Positions 25,522 to 39,875 of a stretch of 64,000 bases of DNA are shown here, in pieces. Made by a program: the position numbers and the translations under genes. Each line of letters opens with the position of its first letter. The first letter of the stretch is position 1. The notes beneath the pieces are model-generated. The model was not told the origin of the DNA. It searched no databases and saw only the letters and a list, made by a program, of their open reading frames with translations. Origin of the DNA: Auanema rhodensis (taxonomy: Eukaryota; Animalia; Nematoda); the NCBI GenBank assembly GCA_964057225.1, contig CAXKVF010000078.1, forward strand, positions 621,180 to 685,179, written 5' to 3'.

Positions 25522-28500
25522 AATCTAATTTTGAAAACCGCATCTCTTTATCTTTCACGTGAAGCGAGTTACATACCAAGTGCACATCACGTGTACATTT
25601 AATTAGCATAAATTAAAGTTCACGTAAACTTCAAAGTCATGGTTACCATGAAGCAATATCAATAAAAATTTGTTTTTAGACTAATATGGACATGGGGAAT
25701 CTAATTTTGAAAACCGCATCTCTTTATCTTTCACGTGAAGCGAGTTACATACCAAGTGCACATCACGTGTACATTTAATTAGCATAAATTAAAGTTCACG
25801 TAAATTTCAAAGTCATGGTTACCATGAACCAATATCAATAAAAATTTGTTTTTAGACTAATATGGACATGGGGAATCTAATTTTGAAAACCGCATCTCTT
25901 TATCTTTCACGTGAAGCGAGTTACATACCAAGTGCACATCACGTGTACATTTAATTAGCATAAATTAAAGTTCACGTAAACTTCAAAGTCATGGTTACCA
26001 TGAAGCAATATCAATAAAAATTTGTTTTTAGACTAATATGGACATGGGGAATCTAATTTTGAAAACCGCATCTCTTTATCTTTCACGTGAAGCGAGTTAC
26101 ATACCAAGTGCACATCACGTGTACATTTAATTAGCATAAATTAAAGTTCACGTAAACTTCAAAGTCATGGTTACCATGAAGCAATATCAATAAAAATTTG
26201 TTTTTAGACTAATATGGACATGGGGAATCTAATTTTGAAAACCGCATCTCTTTATCTTTCACGTGAAGCGAGTTACATACCAAGTGCACATCACGTGTAC
26301 ATTTAATTAGCATAAATTAAAGTTCACGTAAATTTCAAAGTCATGGTTACCACGAACCAATATCAATAAAAATTTGTTTTTAGACTAATATGGACATGGG
26401 GAATCTAATTTTGAAAACCGCATCTCTTTATCTTTCACGTGAAGCGAGTTACATACCAAGTGCACATCACGTGTACATTTAATTAGCATAAATTAAAGTT
26501 CACGTAAATTTCAAAGTCATGGTTACCATGAACCAATATCAATAAAAATTTGTTTTTAGACTAATATGGACATGGGGAATCTAATTTTGAAAACCGCATC
26601 TCTTTATCTTTCACGTGAAGCGAGTTACATACCAAGTGCACATCACGTGTACATTTAATTAGCATAAATTAAAGTTCACGTAAATTTCAAAGTCATGGTT
26701 ACCATGCACCAATATCAATAAAAATTTGTTTTTAGACTAATATGGACATGGGGAATCTAATTTTGAAAACCGCATCTCTTTATCTTTCACGTGAAGCGAG
26801 TTACATACCAAGTGCACATCACGTGTACATTTAATTAGCATAAATTAAAGTTCACGTAAATTTCAAAGTCATGGTTACCATGAACTAATATCAATAAAAA
26901 TTTGTTTTTAGACTAATATGGACATGGGGAATCTAATTTTGAAAACCGCATCTCTTTATCTTTCACGTGAAGCGAGTTACATACCAAGTGCACATCACGT
27001 GTACATTTAATTAGCATAAATTAAAGTTCACGTAAATTTCAAAGTCATGGTTACCATGAAGCAATATCAATAAAAATTTGTTTTTAGACTAATATGGACA
27101 TGGGGAATCTAATTTTGAAAACCGCATCTCTTTATCTTTCACGTGAAGCGAGTTACATACCAAGTGCACATCACGTGTACATTTAATTAGCATAAATTAA
27201 AGTTCACGTAAATTTCAAAGTCATGGTTACCATGAACCAATATCAATAAAAATTTGTTTTTAGACTAATATGGACATGGGGAATCTAATTTTGAAAACCG
27301 CATTTCTTTATCTTTCACGTGAAGCGAGTTACATACCAAGTGCACATCACGTGTACATTTAATTAGCATAAATTAAAGTTCACGTAAATTTCAAAGTCAT
27401 GGTTACCATGCACCAATAACAATAAAAATTTGTTTTTAGACTAATATGGACATGGGGAATCTAATTTTGAAAACCGCATCTCTTTATCTTTCACGTGAAG
27501 CGAGTTACATACCAAGTGCACATCACGTGTACATTTAATTAGCATAAATTAAAGTTCACGTAAACTTCAAAGTCATGGTTACCATGAAGCAATATCAATA
27601 AAAATTTGTTTTTAGACTAATATGGACATGGGGAATCTAATTTTGAAAACCGCATCTCTTTTTCTTTCACGTGAAGCGAGTTACATACCAAGTGCACATC
27701 ACGTGTACATTTAATTAGCATAAATTAAAGTTCACGTAAATTTCAAAGTCATGGTTACCACGAACCAATATCAATAAAAATTTGTTTTTAGACTAATATG
27801 GACATGGGGAATCTAATTTTGAAAACCGCATCTCTTTATCTTTCACGTGAAGCGAGTTACATACCAAGTGCACATCACGTGTACATTTAATTAGCATAAA
27901 TTAAAGTTCACGTAAATTTCAAAGTCATGGTTACCATGAACCAATATCAATAAAAATTTGTTTTTAGACTAATATGGACATGGGGAATCTAATTTTGAAA
28001 ACCGCATCTCTTTATCTTTCACGTGAAGCGAGTTACATACCAAGTGCACATCACGTGTACATTTAATTAGCATAAATTAAAGTTCACGTAAATTTCAAAG
28101 TCATGGTTACCATGCACCAATATCAATAAAAATTTGTTTTTAGACTAATATGGACATGGGGAATCTAATTTTGAAAACCGCATCTCTTTATCTTTCACGT
28201 GAAGCGAGTTACATACCAAGTGCACATCACGTGTACATTTAATTAGCATAAATTAAAGTTCACGTAAATTTCAAAGTCATGGTTACCATGAACTAATATC
28301 AATAAAAATTTGTTTTTAGACTAATATGGACATGGGGAATCTAATTTTGAAAACCGCATTTCTTTATCTTTCACGTGAAGCGAGTTACATACCAAGTGCA
28401 CATCACGTGTACATTTAATTAGCATAAATTAAAGTTCACGTAAATTTCAAAGTCATGGTTACCATGCACCAATAACAATAAAAATTTGTTTTTAGACTAA

Positions 28501-29217
28501 TATGGACATGGGGAATCTAATTTTGAAAACCGCATCTCTTTATCTTCCACGTGAAGCGAGTTACATACCAAGTGCACATCACGTGTACATTTAATTAGCA
28601 TAAATTAAAGTTCACGTAAACTTCAAAGTCATGGTTACCATGAAGCAATATCAATAAAAATTTGTTTTTAGACTAATATGGACATGGGGAATCTAATTTT
28701 GAAAACCGCATCTCTTTATCTTTCACGTGAAGCGAGTTACATACCAAGTGCACATCACGTGTACATTTAATTAGCATAAATTAAAGTTCACGTAAATTTC
28801 AAAGTCATGGTTACCATGAACCAATATCAATAAAAATTTGTTTTTAGACTAATATGGACATGGGGAATCTAATTTTGAAAACCGCATCTCTTTATCTTTC
28901 ACGTGAAGCGAGTTACATACCAAGTGCACATCACGTGTACATTTAATTAGCATAAATTAAAGTTCACGTAAATTTCAAAGTCATGGTTACCATGAAGCAA
29001 TATCAATAAAAATTTGTTTTTAGACTAATATGGACATGGGGAATCTAATTTTGAAAACCGCATCTCTTTATCTTTCACGTGAAGCGAGTTACATACCAAG
29101 TGCACATCACGTGTACATTTAATTATCATGAATTAAAGTTCACGTAAATTTCAAAGTCATGGTTACCATGCACCAATATGAATAAAAATTTGTTTTTAGA
29201 CTAATATGGACATGGGG

Positions 29218-29354
29218 AATCTAATTTTGAAAACCGCATCTCTTTATCTTTCACGTGAAGCGAGTTACATACCAAGTGCACATCACGTGTACATTTAATT
29301 AGCATAAATTAAAGTTCACGTAAATTTTGTTTTTAGACTAATATGGACATGGGG
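29218..29354 (+). repeat. Truncated 137-bp monomer (39-bp internal deletion)
   Basis: Reads CACGTAAATTTTGTTTTTAGAC. Monomer positions ~111-149 are missing, with the junction at ~29327/29328. Confidence 0.95.
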
Positions 29355-30058
29355 AATCTAATTTTGAAAACCGCATCTCTTTATCTTTCACGTGAAGCGA
29401 GTTACATACCAAGTGCACATCACGTGTACATTTAATTAGCATAAATTAAAGTTCACGTAAATTTCAAAGTCATGGTTACCATGAAGCAATATCAATAAAA
29501 ATTTGTTTTTAGACTATTATGGACATGAGGAATCTAATTTTGAAAACCGCATCTCTTTATCTTTCACGTGAAGCGAGTTACATACCAAGTGCACATCACG
29601 TGTACATTTAATTAGCATAAATTAAAGTTCACGTAAATTTCAAAGTCATGGTTACCATGAACCAATATCAATAAAAATTTGTTTTTAGACTAATATGGAC
29701 ATGGGGAATCTAATTTTGAAAACCGCATCTCTTTATCTTTCACGTGAAGCGAGTTACATACCAAGTGCACATCACGTGTACATTTAATTAGCATAAATTA
29801 AAGTTCACGTAAATTTCAAAGTCATGGTTACCATGCACCAATATCAATAAAAATTTGTTTTTAGACTAATATGGACATGGGGAATCTAATTTTGAAAACC
29901 GCATCTCTTTATCTTTCACGTGAAGCGAGTTACATACCAAGTGCACATCACGTGTACATTTAATTAGCATGAATTAAAGTTCACGTAAATTTCAAAGTCA
30001 TGGTTACCATGCACCAATATGAATAAAAATTTGTTTTTAGACTAATATGGACATGGGG

Positions 30059-30195
30059 AATCTAATTTTGAAAACCGCATCTCTTTATCTTTCACGTGAA
30101 GCGAGTTACATACCAAGTGCACATCACGTGTACATTTAATTAGCATAAATTAAAGTTCACGTAAATTTTGTTTTTAGACTAATATGGACATGGGG
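30059..30195 (+). repeat. Second identical truncated 137-bp monomer
   Basis: Same junction 841 bp downstream (4x176+137), with the same flanking variants. Confidence 0.95.
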
Positions 30196-30723
30196 AATCT
30201 AATTTTGAAAACCGCATCTCTTTATCTTTCACGTGAAGCGAGTTACATACCAAGTGCACATCACGTGTACATTTAATTAGCATAAATTAAAGTTCACGTA
30301 AATTTCAAAGTCATGGTTACCATGAAGCAATATCAATAAAAATTTGTTTTTAGACTATTATGGACATGAGGAATCTAATTTTGAAAACCGCATCTCTTTA
30401 TCTTTCACGTGAAGCGAGTTACATACCAAGTGCACATCACGTGTACATTTAATTAGCATAAATTAAAGTTCACGTAAATTTCAAAGTCATGGTTACCATG
30501 AACCAATATCAATAAAAATTTGTTTTTAGACTAATATGGACATGGGGAATCTAATTTTGAAAACCGCATCTCTTTATCTTTCACGTGAAGCGAGTTACAT
30601 ACCAAGTGCACATCACGTGTACATTTAATTAGCATAAATTAAAGTTCACGTAAATTTCAAAGTCATGGTTACCATGAAGCAATATCAATAAAAATTTGTT
30701 TTTAGACTAATATGGACATGGGG

Positions 30724-33700
30724 AATCTAATTTTGAAAACCGCATCTCTTTATCTTTCACGTGAAGCGAGTTACATACCAAGTGCACATCACGTGTACAT
30801 TTAATTAGCATGAATTAAAGTTCACGTAAATTTCAAAGTCATGGTTACCATGCACCAATATCAATAAAAATTTGTTTTTAGACTAATATGGACATGGGGA
30901 ATCTAATTTTGAAAACCGCATCTCTTTATCTTTCACGTGAAGCGAGTTACATACCAAGTGCACATCACGTGTACATTTAATTAGCATAAATTAAAGTTCA
31001 CGTAAATTTCAAAGTCATGGTTACCATGCACCAATATCAATAAAAATTTGTTTTTAGACTAATATGGACATGGGGAATGTAATTTTGAAAACCGCATCTC
31101 TTTATCTTTCACGTGAAGCGAGTTACATACCAAGTGCACATCACGTGTACATTTAATTAGCATAAATTAAAGTTCACGTAAATTTCAAAGTCATGGTTAC
31201 CATGCACCAATATCAATAAAAATTTGTTTTTAGACTAATATGGACATGGGGAATCTAATTTTGAAAACCGCATCTCTTTATCTTTCACGTGAAGCGAGTT
31301 ACATACCAAGTGCACATCACGTGTACATTTAATTAGCATAAATTAAAGTTCACGTAAATTTCAAAGTCATGGTTACCATGCACCAATATCAATAAAAATT
31401 TGTTTTTAGACTAATATGGACATGGGGAATCTAATTTTGAAAACCGCATCTCTTTATCTTTCACGTGAAGCGAGTTACATACCAAGTGCACATCACGTGT
31501 ACATTTAATTAGCATAAATTAAAGTTCACGTAAATTTCAAAGTCATGGTTACCATGCACCAATATCAATAAAAATTTGTTTTTAGACTAATATGGACATG
31601 GGGAATCTAATTTTGAAAACCGCATCTCTTTATCTTTCACGTGAAGCGAGTTACATACCAAGTGCACATCACGTGTACATTTAATTAGCATAAATTTAAG
31701 TTCACGTAAATTTCAAAGTCATGGTTACCATGCACCAATATCAATAAAAATTTGTTTTTAGACTAATATGGACATGGGGGATCTAATTTTGAAAACCGCA
31801 TCTCTTTATCTTTCACGTGAAGCGAGTTACATACCAAGTGCACATCACGTGTACATTTAATTAGCATAAATTAAAGTTCACGTAAATTTCAAAGTCATGG
31901 TTATCATGAACCAATATCAATAAAAATTTGTTTTTAGACTAATATGGACATGGGTAATCTAATTTTGAAAACCGCATCTCTTTATCTTTCACGTGAAGCG
32001 AGTTACATACCAAGTGCACATCACGTGTACATTTAATTAGCATAAATTAAAGTTCACGTAAATTTCAAAGTCATGGTTACCATGAACCAATATCAATAAA
32101 AATTTGTTTTTAGACTAATATGGACATGGGGAATCTAATTTTGAAAACCGCATCTCTTTATCTTTCACGTGAAGCGAGTTACATACCAAGTGCACATCAC
32201 GTGTACATTTAATTAGCATAAATTAAAGTTCACGTAAATTTCAAAGTCATGGTTACCATGCACCAATATCAATAAAAATTTGTTTTTAGACTAATATGGA
32301 CATGGGGAATCTAATTTTGAAAACCGCATCTCTTTATCTTTCACGTGAAGCGAGTTACATACCAAGTGCACATCACGTGTACATTTAATTAGCATAAATT
32401 AAAGTTCACGTAAATTTCAAAGTCATGGTTACCATGCACCAATATCAATAAAAATTTGTTTTTAGACTAATATGGACATGGGGAATCTAATTTTGAAAAC
32501 CGCATCTCTTTATCTTTCACGTGAAGAGAGTTACATACCAAGTGCACATCACGTGTACATTTAATTAGCATAAATTAAAGTTCACGTAAATTTCAAAGTC
32601 ATGGTTACCATGAACCAATATCAATAAAAATTTGTTTTTAGACTAATATGGACATGGGGAATCTAATTTTGAAAACCGCATCTCTTTATCTTTCACGTGA
32701 AGCGAGTTACATACCAAGTGCACATCACGTGTACATTTAATTAGCATAAATTAAAGTTCACGTAAATTTCAAAGTCATGGTTACCATGAACCAATATCAA
32801 TAAAAATTTGTTTTTAGACTAATATGGACATGGGGAATCTAATTTTGAAAACCGCATCTCTTTATCTTTCACGTGAAGCGAGTTACATACCAAGTGCACA
32901 TCACGTGTACATTTAATTAGCATAAATTAAAGTTCACGTAAATTTCAAAGTCATGGTTACCATGAACCAATATCAATAAAAATTTGTTTTTAGACTAATA
33001 TGGACATGGGGAATCTAATTTTGAAAACCGCATCTCTTTATCTTTCACGTGAAGCGAGTTACATACCAAGTGCACATCACGTGTACATTTAAATAGCATA
33101 AATTAAAGTTCACGTAAATTTCAAAGTCATGGTTACCATGCACCAATATCAATAAAAATTTGTTTTTAGACTAATATGGACATGGGGAATCTAATTTTGA
33201 AAACCGCATCTCTTTATCTTTCACGTGAAGCGAGTTACATACCAAGTGCACATCACGTGTACATTTAATTAGCATAAATTAAAGTTCACGTAAAATTCAA
33301 AGTCATGGTTACCATGCACCAATATCAATAAAAATTTGTTTTTAGACTAATATGGACATGGGGAATCTAATTTTGAAAACCGCATCTCTTTATCTTTCAC
33401 GTGAAGCGAGTTACATACCAAGTGCACATCACGTGTACATTTAATTAGCATAAATTAAAGTTCACGTAAATTTCAAAGTCATGGTTACCATGAACCAATA
33501 TCAATAAAAATTTGTTTTTAGACTAATATGGACATGGGGAATCTAATTTTGAAAACCGCATCTCTTTATCTTTCACGTGAAGCGAGTTACATACCAAGTG
33601 CACATCACGTGTACATTTAATTAGCATAAATTAAAGTTCACGTAAATTTCAAAGTCATGGTTACCATGAACCAATATCAATAAAAATTTGTTTTTAGACT

Positions 33701-36700
33701 AATATGGACATGAAGAATCTAATTTTGAAAACCGCATCTCTTTATCTTTCACGTGAAGCGAGTTACATTCCAAGTGCACATCACGTGTACATTTAATTAG
33801 CATAAATTAAAGTTCACGTAAATTTCAAAGTCATGGTTACCATGAAGCAATATCGATAAAAATTTGTTTTTAGACTAATATGGACATGGGGAATCTAATT
33901 TTGAAAACCGCATCTCTTTATCTTTCACGTGAAGCGAGTTACATACCAAGTGCACATCACGTGTACATTTAATTAGCATAAATTAAAGTTCACGTAAATT
34001 TCAAAGTCATGGTTACCATGAAGCAATATCAATAAAAATTTGTTTTTAGACTAATATGGACATGGGGAATCTAATTTTGAAAACCGCATCTCTTTATCTT
34101 TCACGTGAAGCGAGTTACATACCAAGTGTACATCACGTGTACATTTAATTAGCATAAATTAAAGTTCACGTAAATTTCAAAGTCATGGTTACCATGAAGC
34201 AATATCAATAAAAATTTGTTTTTAGACTAATATGGACATGGGGAATCTAATTTTGAAAACCGCATCTCTTTATCTTTCACGTGAAGCGAGTTACATACCA
34301 AGTGCACATCACGTGTACATTTAATTAGCATAAATTAAAGTTCACGTAAATTTCAAAGTCATGGTTACCATGAACCAATATCAATAAAAATTTGTTTTTA
34401 GACTAATATGGACATGGGGAATCTAATTTTGAAAACCGCATCTCTTAATCTTTCACGTGAAGCGAGTTACATACCAAGTGCACATCACGTGTACATTTAA
34501 TTAGCATGAATTAAAGTTCACGTAAATTTCAAAGTCATGGTTACCATGAACCAATATCAATAAAATATTGTTTTTAGACTAATATGGACATGGGGAATCT
34601 AATTTTGAAAACCGCATCTCTTTATCTTTCTCGTGAAGCGAGTTACATACCAAGGGCACATCACGTGTACATTTAATTAGCATAAATTAAAGTTCACGTA
34701 AATTTCAAAGTCATGGTTACCATGAACCAATATCAATAAAAATTTGTTTTTAGACTAATATGGACATGGGGAATCTAATTTTGAAAACCGCATCTCTTTA
34801 TCTTTCACGTGAAGCGAGTTACATACCAAGTGCACATCACGTGTACATTTAATTAGCATAAATTAAAGTTCACGTAAATTTCAAAGTCATGGTTACCATG
34901 AACCAATATCAATAAAAATTTGTTTTTAGACTAATATGGACATGAAGAATCTAATTTTGAAAACCGCATCTCTTTATCTTTCACGTGAAGCGAGTTACAT
35001 TCCAAGTGCACATCACGTGTACATTTAATTAGCATAAATTAAAGTTCACGTAAATTTCAAAGTCATGGTTACCATGAAGCAATATCGATAAAAATTTGTT
35101 TTTAGACTAATATGGACATGGGGAATCTAATTTTGAAAACCGCATCTCTTTATCTTTCACGTGAAGCGAGTTACATACCAAGTGCACATCACGTGTACAT
35201 TTAATTAGCATAAATTAAAGTTCACGTAAATTTCAAAGTCATGGTTACCATGAAGCAATATCAATAAAAATTTGTTTTTAGACTAATATGGACATGGGGA
35301 ATCTAATTTTGAAAACCGCATCTCTTTATCTTTCACGTGAAGCGAGTTACATACCAAGTGTACATCACGTGTACATTTAATTAGCATAAATTAAAGTTCA
35401 CGTAAATTTCAAAGTCATGGTTACCATGAAGCAATATCAATAAAAATTTGTTTTTAGACTAATATGGACATGGGGAATCTAATTTTGAAAACCGCATCTC
35501 TTTATCTTTCACGTGAAGCGAGTTACATACCAAGTGCACATCACGTGTACATTTAATTAGCATAAATTAAAGTTCACGTAAATTTCAAAGTCATGGTTAC
35601 CATGAACCAATATCAATAAAAATTTGTTTTTAGACTAATATGGACATGGGGAATCTAATTTTGAAAACCGCATCTCTTAATCTTTCACGTGAAGCGAGTT
35701 ACATACCAAGTGCACATCACGTGTACATTTAATTAGCATGAATTAAAGTTCACGTAAATTTCAAAGTCATGGTTACCATGAACCAATATCAATAAAATAT
35801 TGTTTTTAGACTAATATGGACATGGGGAATCTAATTTTGAAAACCGCATCTCTTTATCTTTCTCGTGAAGCGAGTTACATACCAAGGGCACATCACGTGT
35901 ACATTTAATTAGCATAAATTAAAGTTCACGTAAATTTCAAAGTCATGGTTACCATGAACCAATATCAATAAAAATTTGTTTTTAGACTAATATGAACATG
36001 GGGAATCTAATTTTGAAAACCGCATTTCTTTATCTTTCACGTGAAGCGAGTTACATACCGAGTGCACATCACGTGTACATTTAATTAGCATAAATTAAAG
36101 TTCACGTAAATTTCAAAGTCATGGTTACCATGCACCAATATCAATAAAAATTTGTTTTTAGACTAATATGGACATGGGGAATCTAATTTTGAAAACCGCA
36201 TCTCTTTATCTTTCACGTGAAGCGAGTTACATACCAAGTGCACATCACGTGTACATTTAATTAGCATAAATTAAAGTTCACGTAAATTTCAAAGTCATGG
36301 TTACCATGAACCAATATCAATAAAAATTTGTTTTTAGACTAATATGGACATGGGGAATCTAATTTTGAAAACCGCATCTCTTAATCTTTCACGTGAAGCG
36401 AGTTACATACCAAGTGCACATCACGTGTACATTTAATTAGCATGAATTAAAGTTCACGTAAATTTCAAAGTCATGGTTACCATGAACCAATATCAATAAA
36501 AATTTGTTTTTAGACTAATATGGACATGGGGAATCTAATTTTGAAAACCGCATCTCTTTATCTTTCTCGTGAAGCGAGTTACATACCAAGGGCACATCAC
36601 GTGTACATTTAATTAGCATAAATTAAAGTTCACGTAAATTTCAAAGTCATGGTTACCATGAACCAATATCAATAAAAATTTGTTTTTAGACTAATATGGA

Positions 36701-39700
36701 CATGGGGAATCTAATTTTGAAAACCGCATTTCTTTATCTTTCACGTGAAGCGAGTTACATACCAAGTGCACATCACGTGTACATTTAATTAGCATAAATT
36801 AAAGTTCACGTAAATTTCAAAGTCATGGTTACCATGCACCAATATCAATAAAAATTTGTTTTTAGACTAATATGGACATGGGGAATCTAATTTTGAAAAC
36901 CGCATCTCTTTATCTTTCACGTGAAGCGAGTTACATACCAAGTGCACATCACGTGTACATTTAATTAGCATGAATTAAAGTTCACGTAAATTTCAAAGTC
37001 ATGGTTACCATGCACCAATATCAATAAAAATTTGTTTTTAGACTAATATGGACATGGGGAATCTAATTTTGAAAACCGCATCTCTTTATCTTTCACGTGA
37101 AGCGAGTTACATACCAAGTGCACATCACGTGTACATTTAATTAGCATAAATTAAAGTTCACGTAAATTTCAAAGTCATGGTTACCATGCACCAATATCAA
37201 TAAAAATTTGTTTTTAGACTAATATGGACATGGGGAATGTAATTTTGAAAACCGCATCTCTTTATCTTTCACGTGAAGCGAGTTACATACCAAGTGCACA
37301 TCACGTGTACATTTAATTAGCATAAATTAAAGTTCACGTAAATTTCAAAGTCATGGTTACCATGCACCAATATCAATAAAAATTTGTTTTTAGACTAATA
37401 TGGACATGGGGAATCTAATTTTGAAAACCGCATCTCTTTATCTTTCACGTGAAGCGAGTTACATACCAAGTGTACATCACGTGTACATTTAATTAGCATA
37501 AATTAAAGTTCACGTAAATTTCAAAGTCATGGTTACCATGCGCCAATATCAATAAAAATTTGTTTTTAGACTAATATGGACATGGGGAATCTAATTTTGA
37601 AAACCGCATCTCTTTATCTTTCACGTGAAGCGAGTTACATACCAAGTGCACATCACGTGTACATTTAATTAGCATAAATTAAAGTTCACGTAAATTTCAA
37701 AGTCATGGTTACCATGCACCAATATCAATAAAAATTTGTTTTTAGACTAATATGGACATGGGGAATCTAATTTTGAAAACCGCATCTCTTTATCTTTCAC
37801 GTGAAGCGAGTTACATACCAAGTGCACATCACGTGTACATTTAATTAGCATAAATTTAAGTTCACGTAAATTTCAAAGTCATGGTTACCATGCACCAATA
37901 TCAATAAAAATTTGTTTTTAGACTAATATGGACATGGGGGATCTAATTTTGAAAACCGCATCTCTTTATCTTTCACGTGAAGCGAGTTACATACCAAGTG
38001 CACATCACGTGTACATTTAATTAGCATAAATTAAAGTTCACGTAAATTTCAAAGTCATGGTTATCATGAACCAATATCAATAAAAATTTGTTTTTAGACT
38101 AATATGGACATGGGTAATCTAATTTTGAAAACCGCATCTCTTTATCTTTCACGTGAAGCGAGTTACATACCAAGTGCACATCACGTGTACATTTAATTAG
38201 CATAAATTAAAGTTCACGTAAATTTCAAAGTCATGGTTACCATGAACCAATATCAATAAAAATTTGTTTTTAGACTAATATGGACATGGGTAATCTAATT
38301 TTGAAAACCGCATCTCTTTATCTTTCACGTGAAGCGAGTTACATACCAAGTGCACATCACGTGTACATTTAATTAGCATAAATTAAAGTTCACGTAAATT
38401 TCAAAGTCATGGTTACCATGCACCAATATCAATAAAAATTTGTTTTTAGACTAATATGGACATGGGGAATCTAATTTTGAAAACCGCATCTCTTTATCTT
38501 TCACGTGAAGCGAGTTACATACCAAGTGCACATCACGTGTACATTTAATTAGCATAAATTAAAGTTCACGTAAATTTCAAAGTCATGGTTACCATGCACC
38601 AATATCAATAAAAATTTGTTTTTAGACTAATATGGACATGGGGAATCTAATTTTGAAAACCGCATCTCTTTATCTTTCACGTGAAGAGAGTTACATACCA
38701 AGTGCACATCACGTGTACATTTAATTAGCATAAATTAAAGTTCACGTAAATTTCAAAGTCATGGTTACCATGAACCAATATCAATAAAAATTTGTTTTTA
38801 GACTAATATGGACATGGGGAATCTAATTTTGAAAACCGCATCTCTTTATCTTTCACGTGAAGCGAGTTACATACCAAGTGCACATCACGTGTACATTTAA
38901 TTAGCATAAATTAAAGTTCACGTAAATTTCAAAGTCATGGTTACCATGAACCAATATCAGTAAAAATTTGTTTTTAGACTAATATGGACATGGGGAATCT
39001 AATTTTGAAAACCGCATCTCTTTATCTTTCACGTGAAGCGAGTTACATACCAAGTGCACATCACGTGTACATTTAATTAGCATAAATTAAAGTTCACGTA
39101 AATTTCAAAGTCATGGTTACCATGAACCAATATCAATAAAAATTTGTTTTTAGACTAATATGGACATGGGGAATCTAATTTTGAAAACCGCATCTCTTTA
39201 TCTTTCACGTGAAGCGAGTTACATACCAAGTGCACATCACGTGTACATTTAAATAGCATAAATTAAAGTTCACGTAAATTTCAAAGTCATGGTTACCATG
39301 CACCAATATCAATAAAAATTTGTTTTTAGACTAATATGGACATGGGGAATCTAATTTTGAAAACCGCATCTCTTTATCTTTCACGTGAAGCGAGTTACAT
39401 ACCAAGTGCACATCACGTGTACATTTAATTAGCATAAATTAAAGTTCACGTAAAATTCAAAGTCATGGTTACCATGCACCAATATCAATAAAAATTTGTT
39501 TTTAGACTAATATGGACATGGGGAATCTAATTTTGAAAACCGCATCTCTTTATCTTTCACGTGAAGCGAGTTACATACCAAGTGCACATCACGTGTACAT
39601 TTAATTAGCATAAATTAAAGTTCACGTAAATTTCAAAGTCATGGTTACCATGAACCAATATCAATAAAAATTTGTTTTTAGACTAATATGGACATGGGGA

Positions 39701-39875
39701 ATCTAATTTTGAAAACCGCATCTCTTTATCTTTCACGTGAAGCGAGTTACATACCAAGTGCACATCACGTGTACATTTAATTAGCATAAATTAAAGTTCA
39801 CGTAAATTTCAAAGTCATGGTTACCATGAAGCAATATCGATAAAAATTTGTTTTTAGACTAATATGGACATGGGG
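30724..39875. repeat. Large block duplication at 35-monomer (6160-bp) offset
   Basis: Rare variants paired at +6160: 31079/37239 (AATGT), AAATTTAAG ~31697/37857, GGGGG 31780/37940, TTATC ~31904/38064, GGGT 31955/38115, GAAGAG ~32527/38687, AAATAG ~33093/39253. Confidence 0.9.
33540..36003. repeat. Near-exact 7-monomer (1232-bp) tandem duplication
   Basis: Eight variants paired at +1232: GAAG ~33713/34945, ACATTC 33769/35001, ATCGAT 33855/35087, GTGTAC 34129/35361, CTTAATC 34447/35679, AATATTG 34567/35799, TCTCGTG 34631/35863, AAGGGC 34655/35887. Confidence 0.92.
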
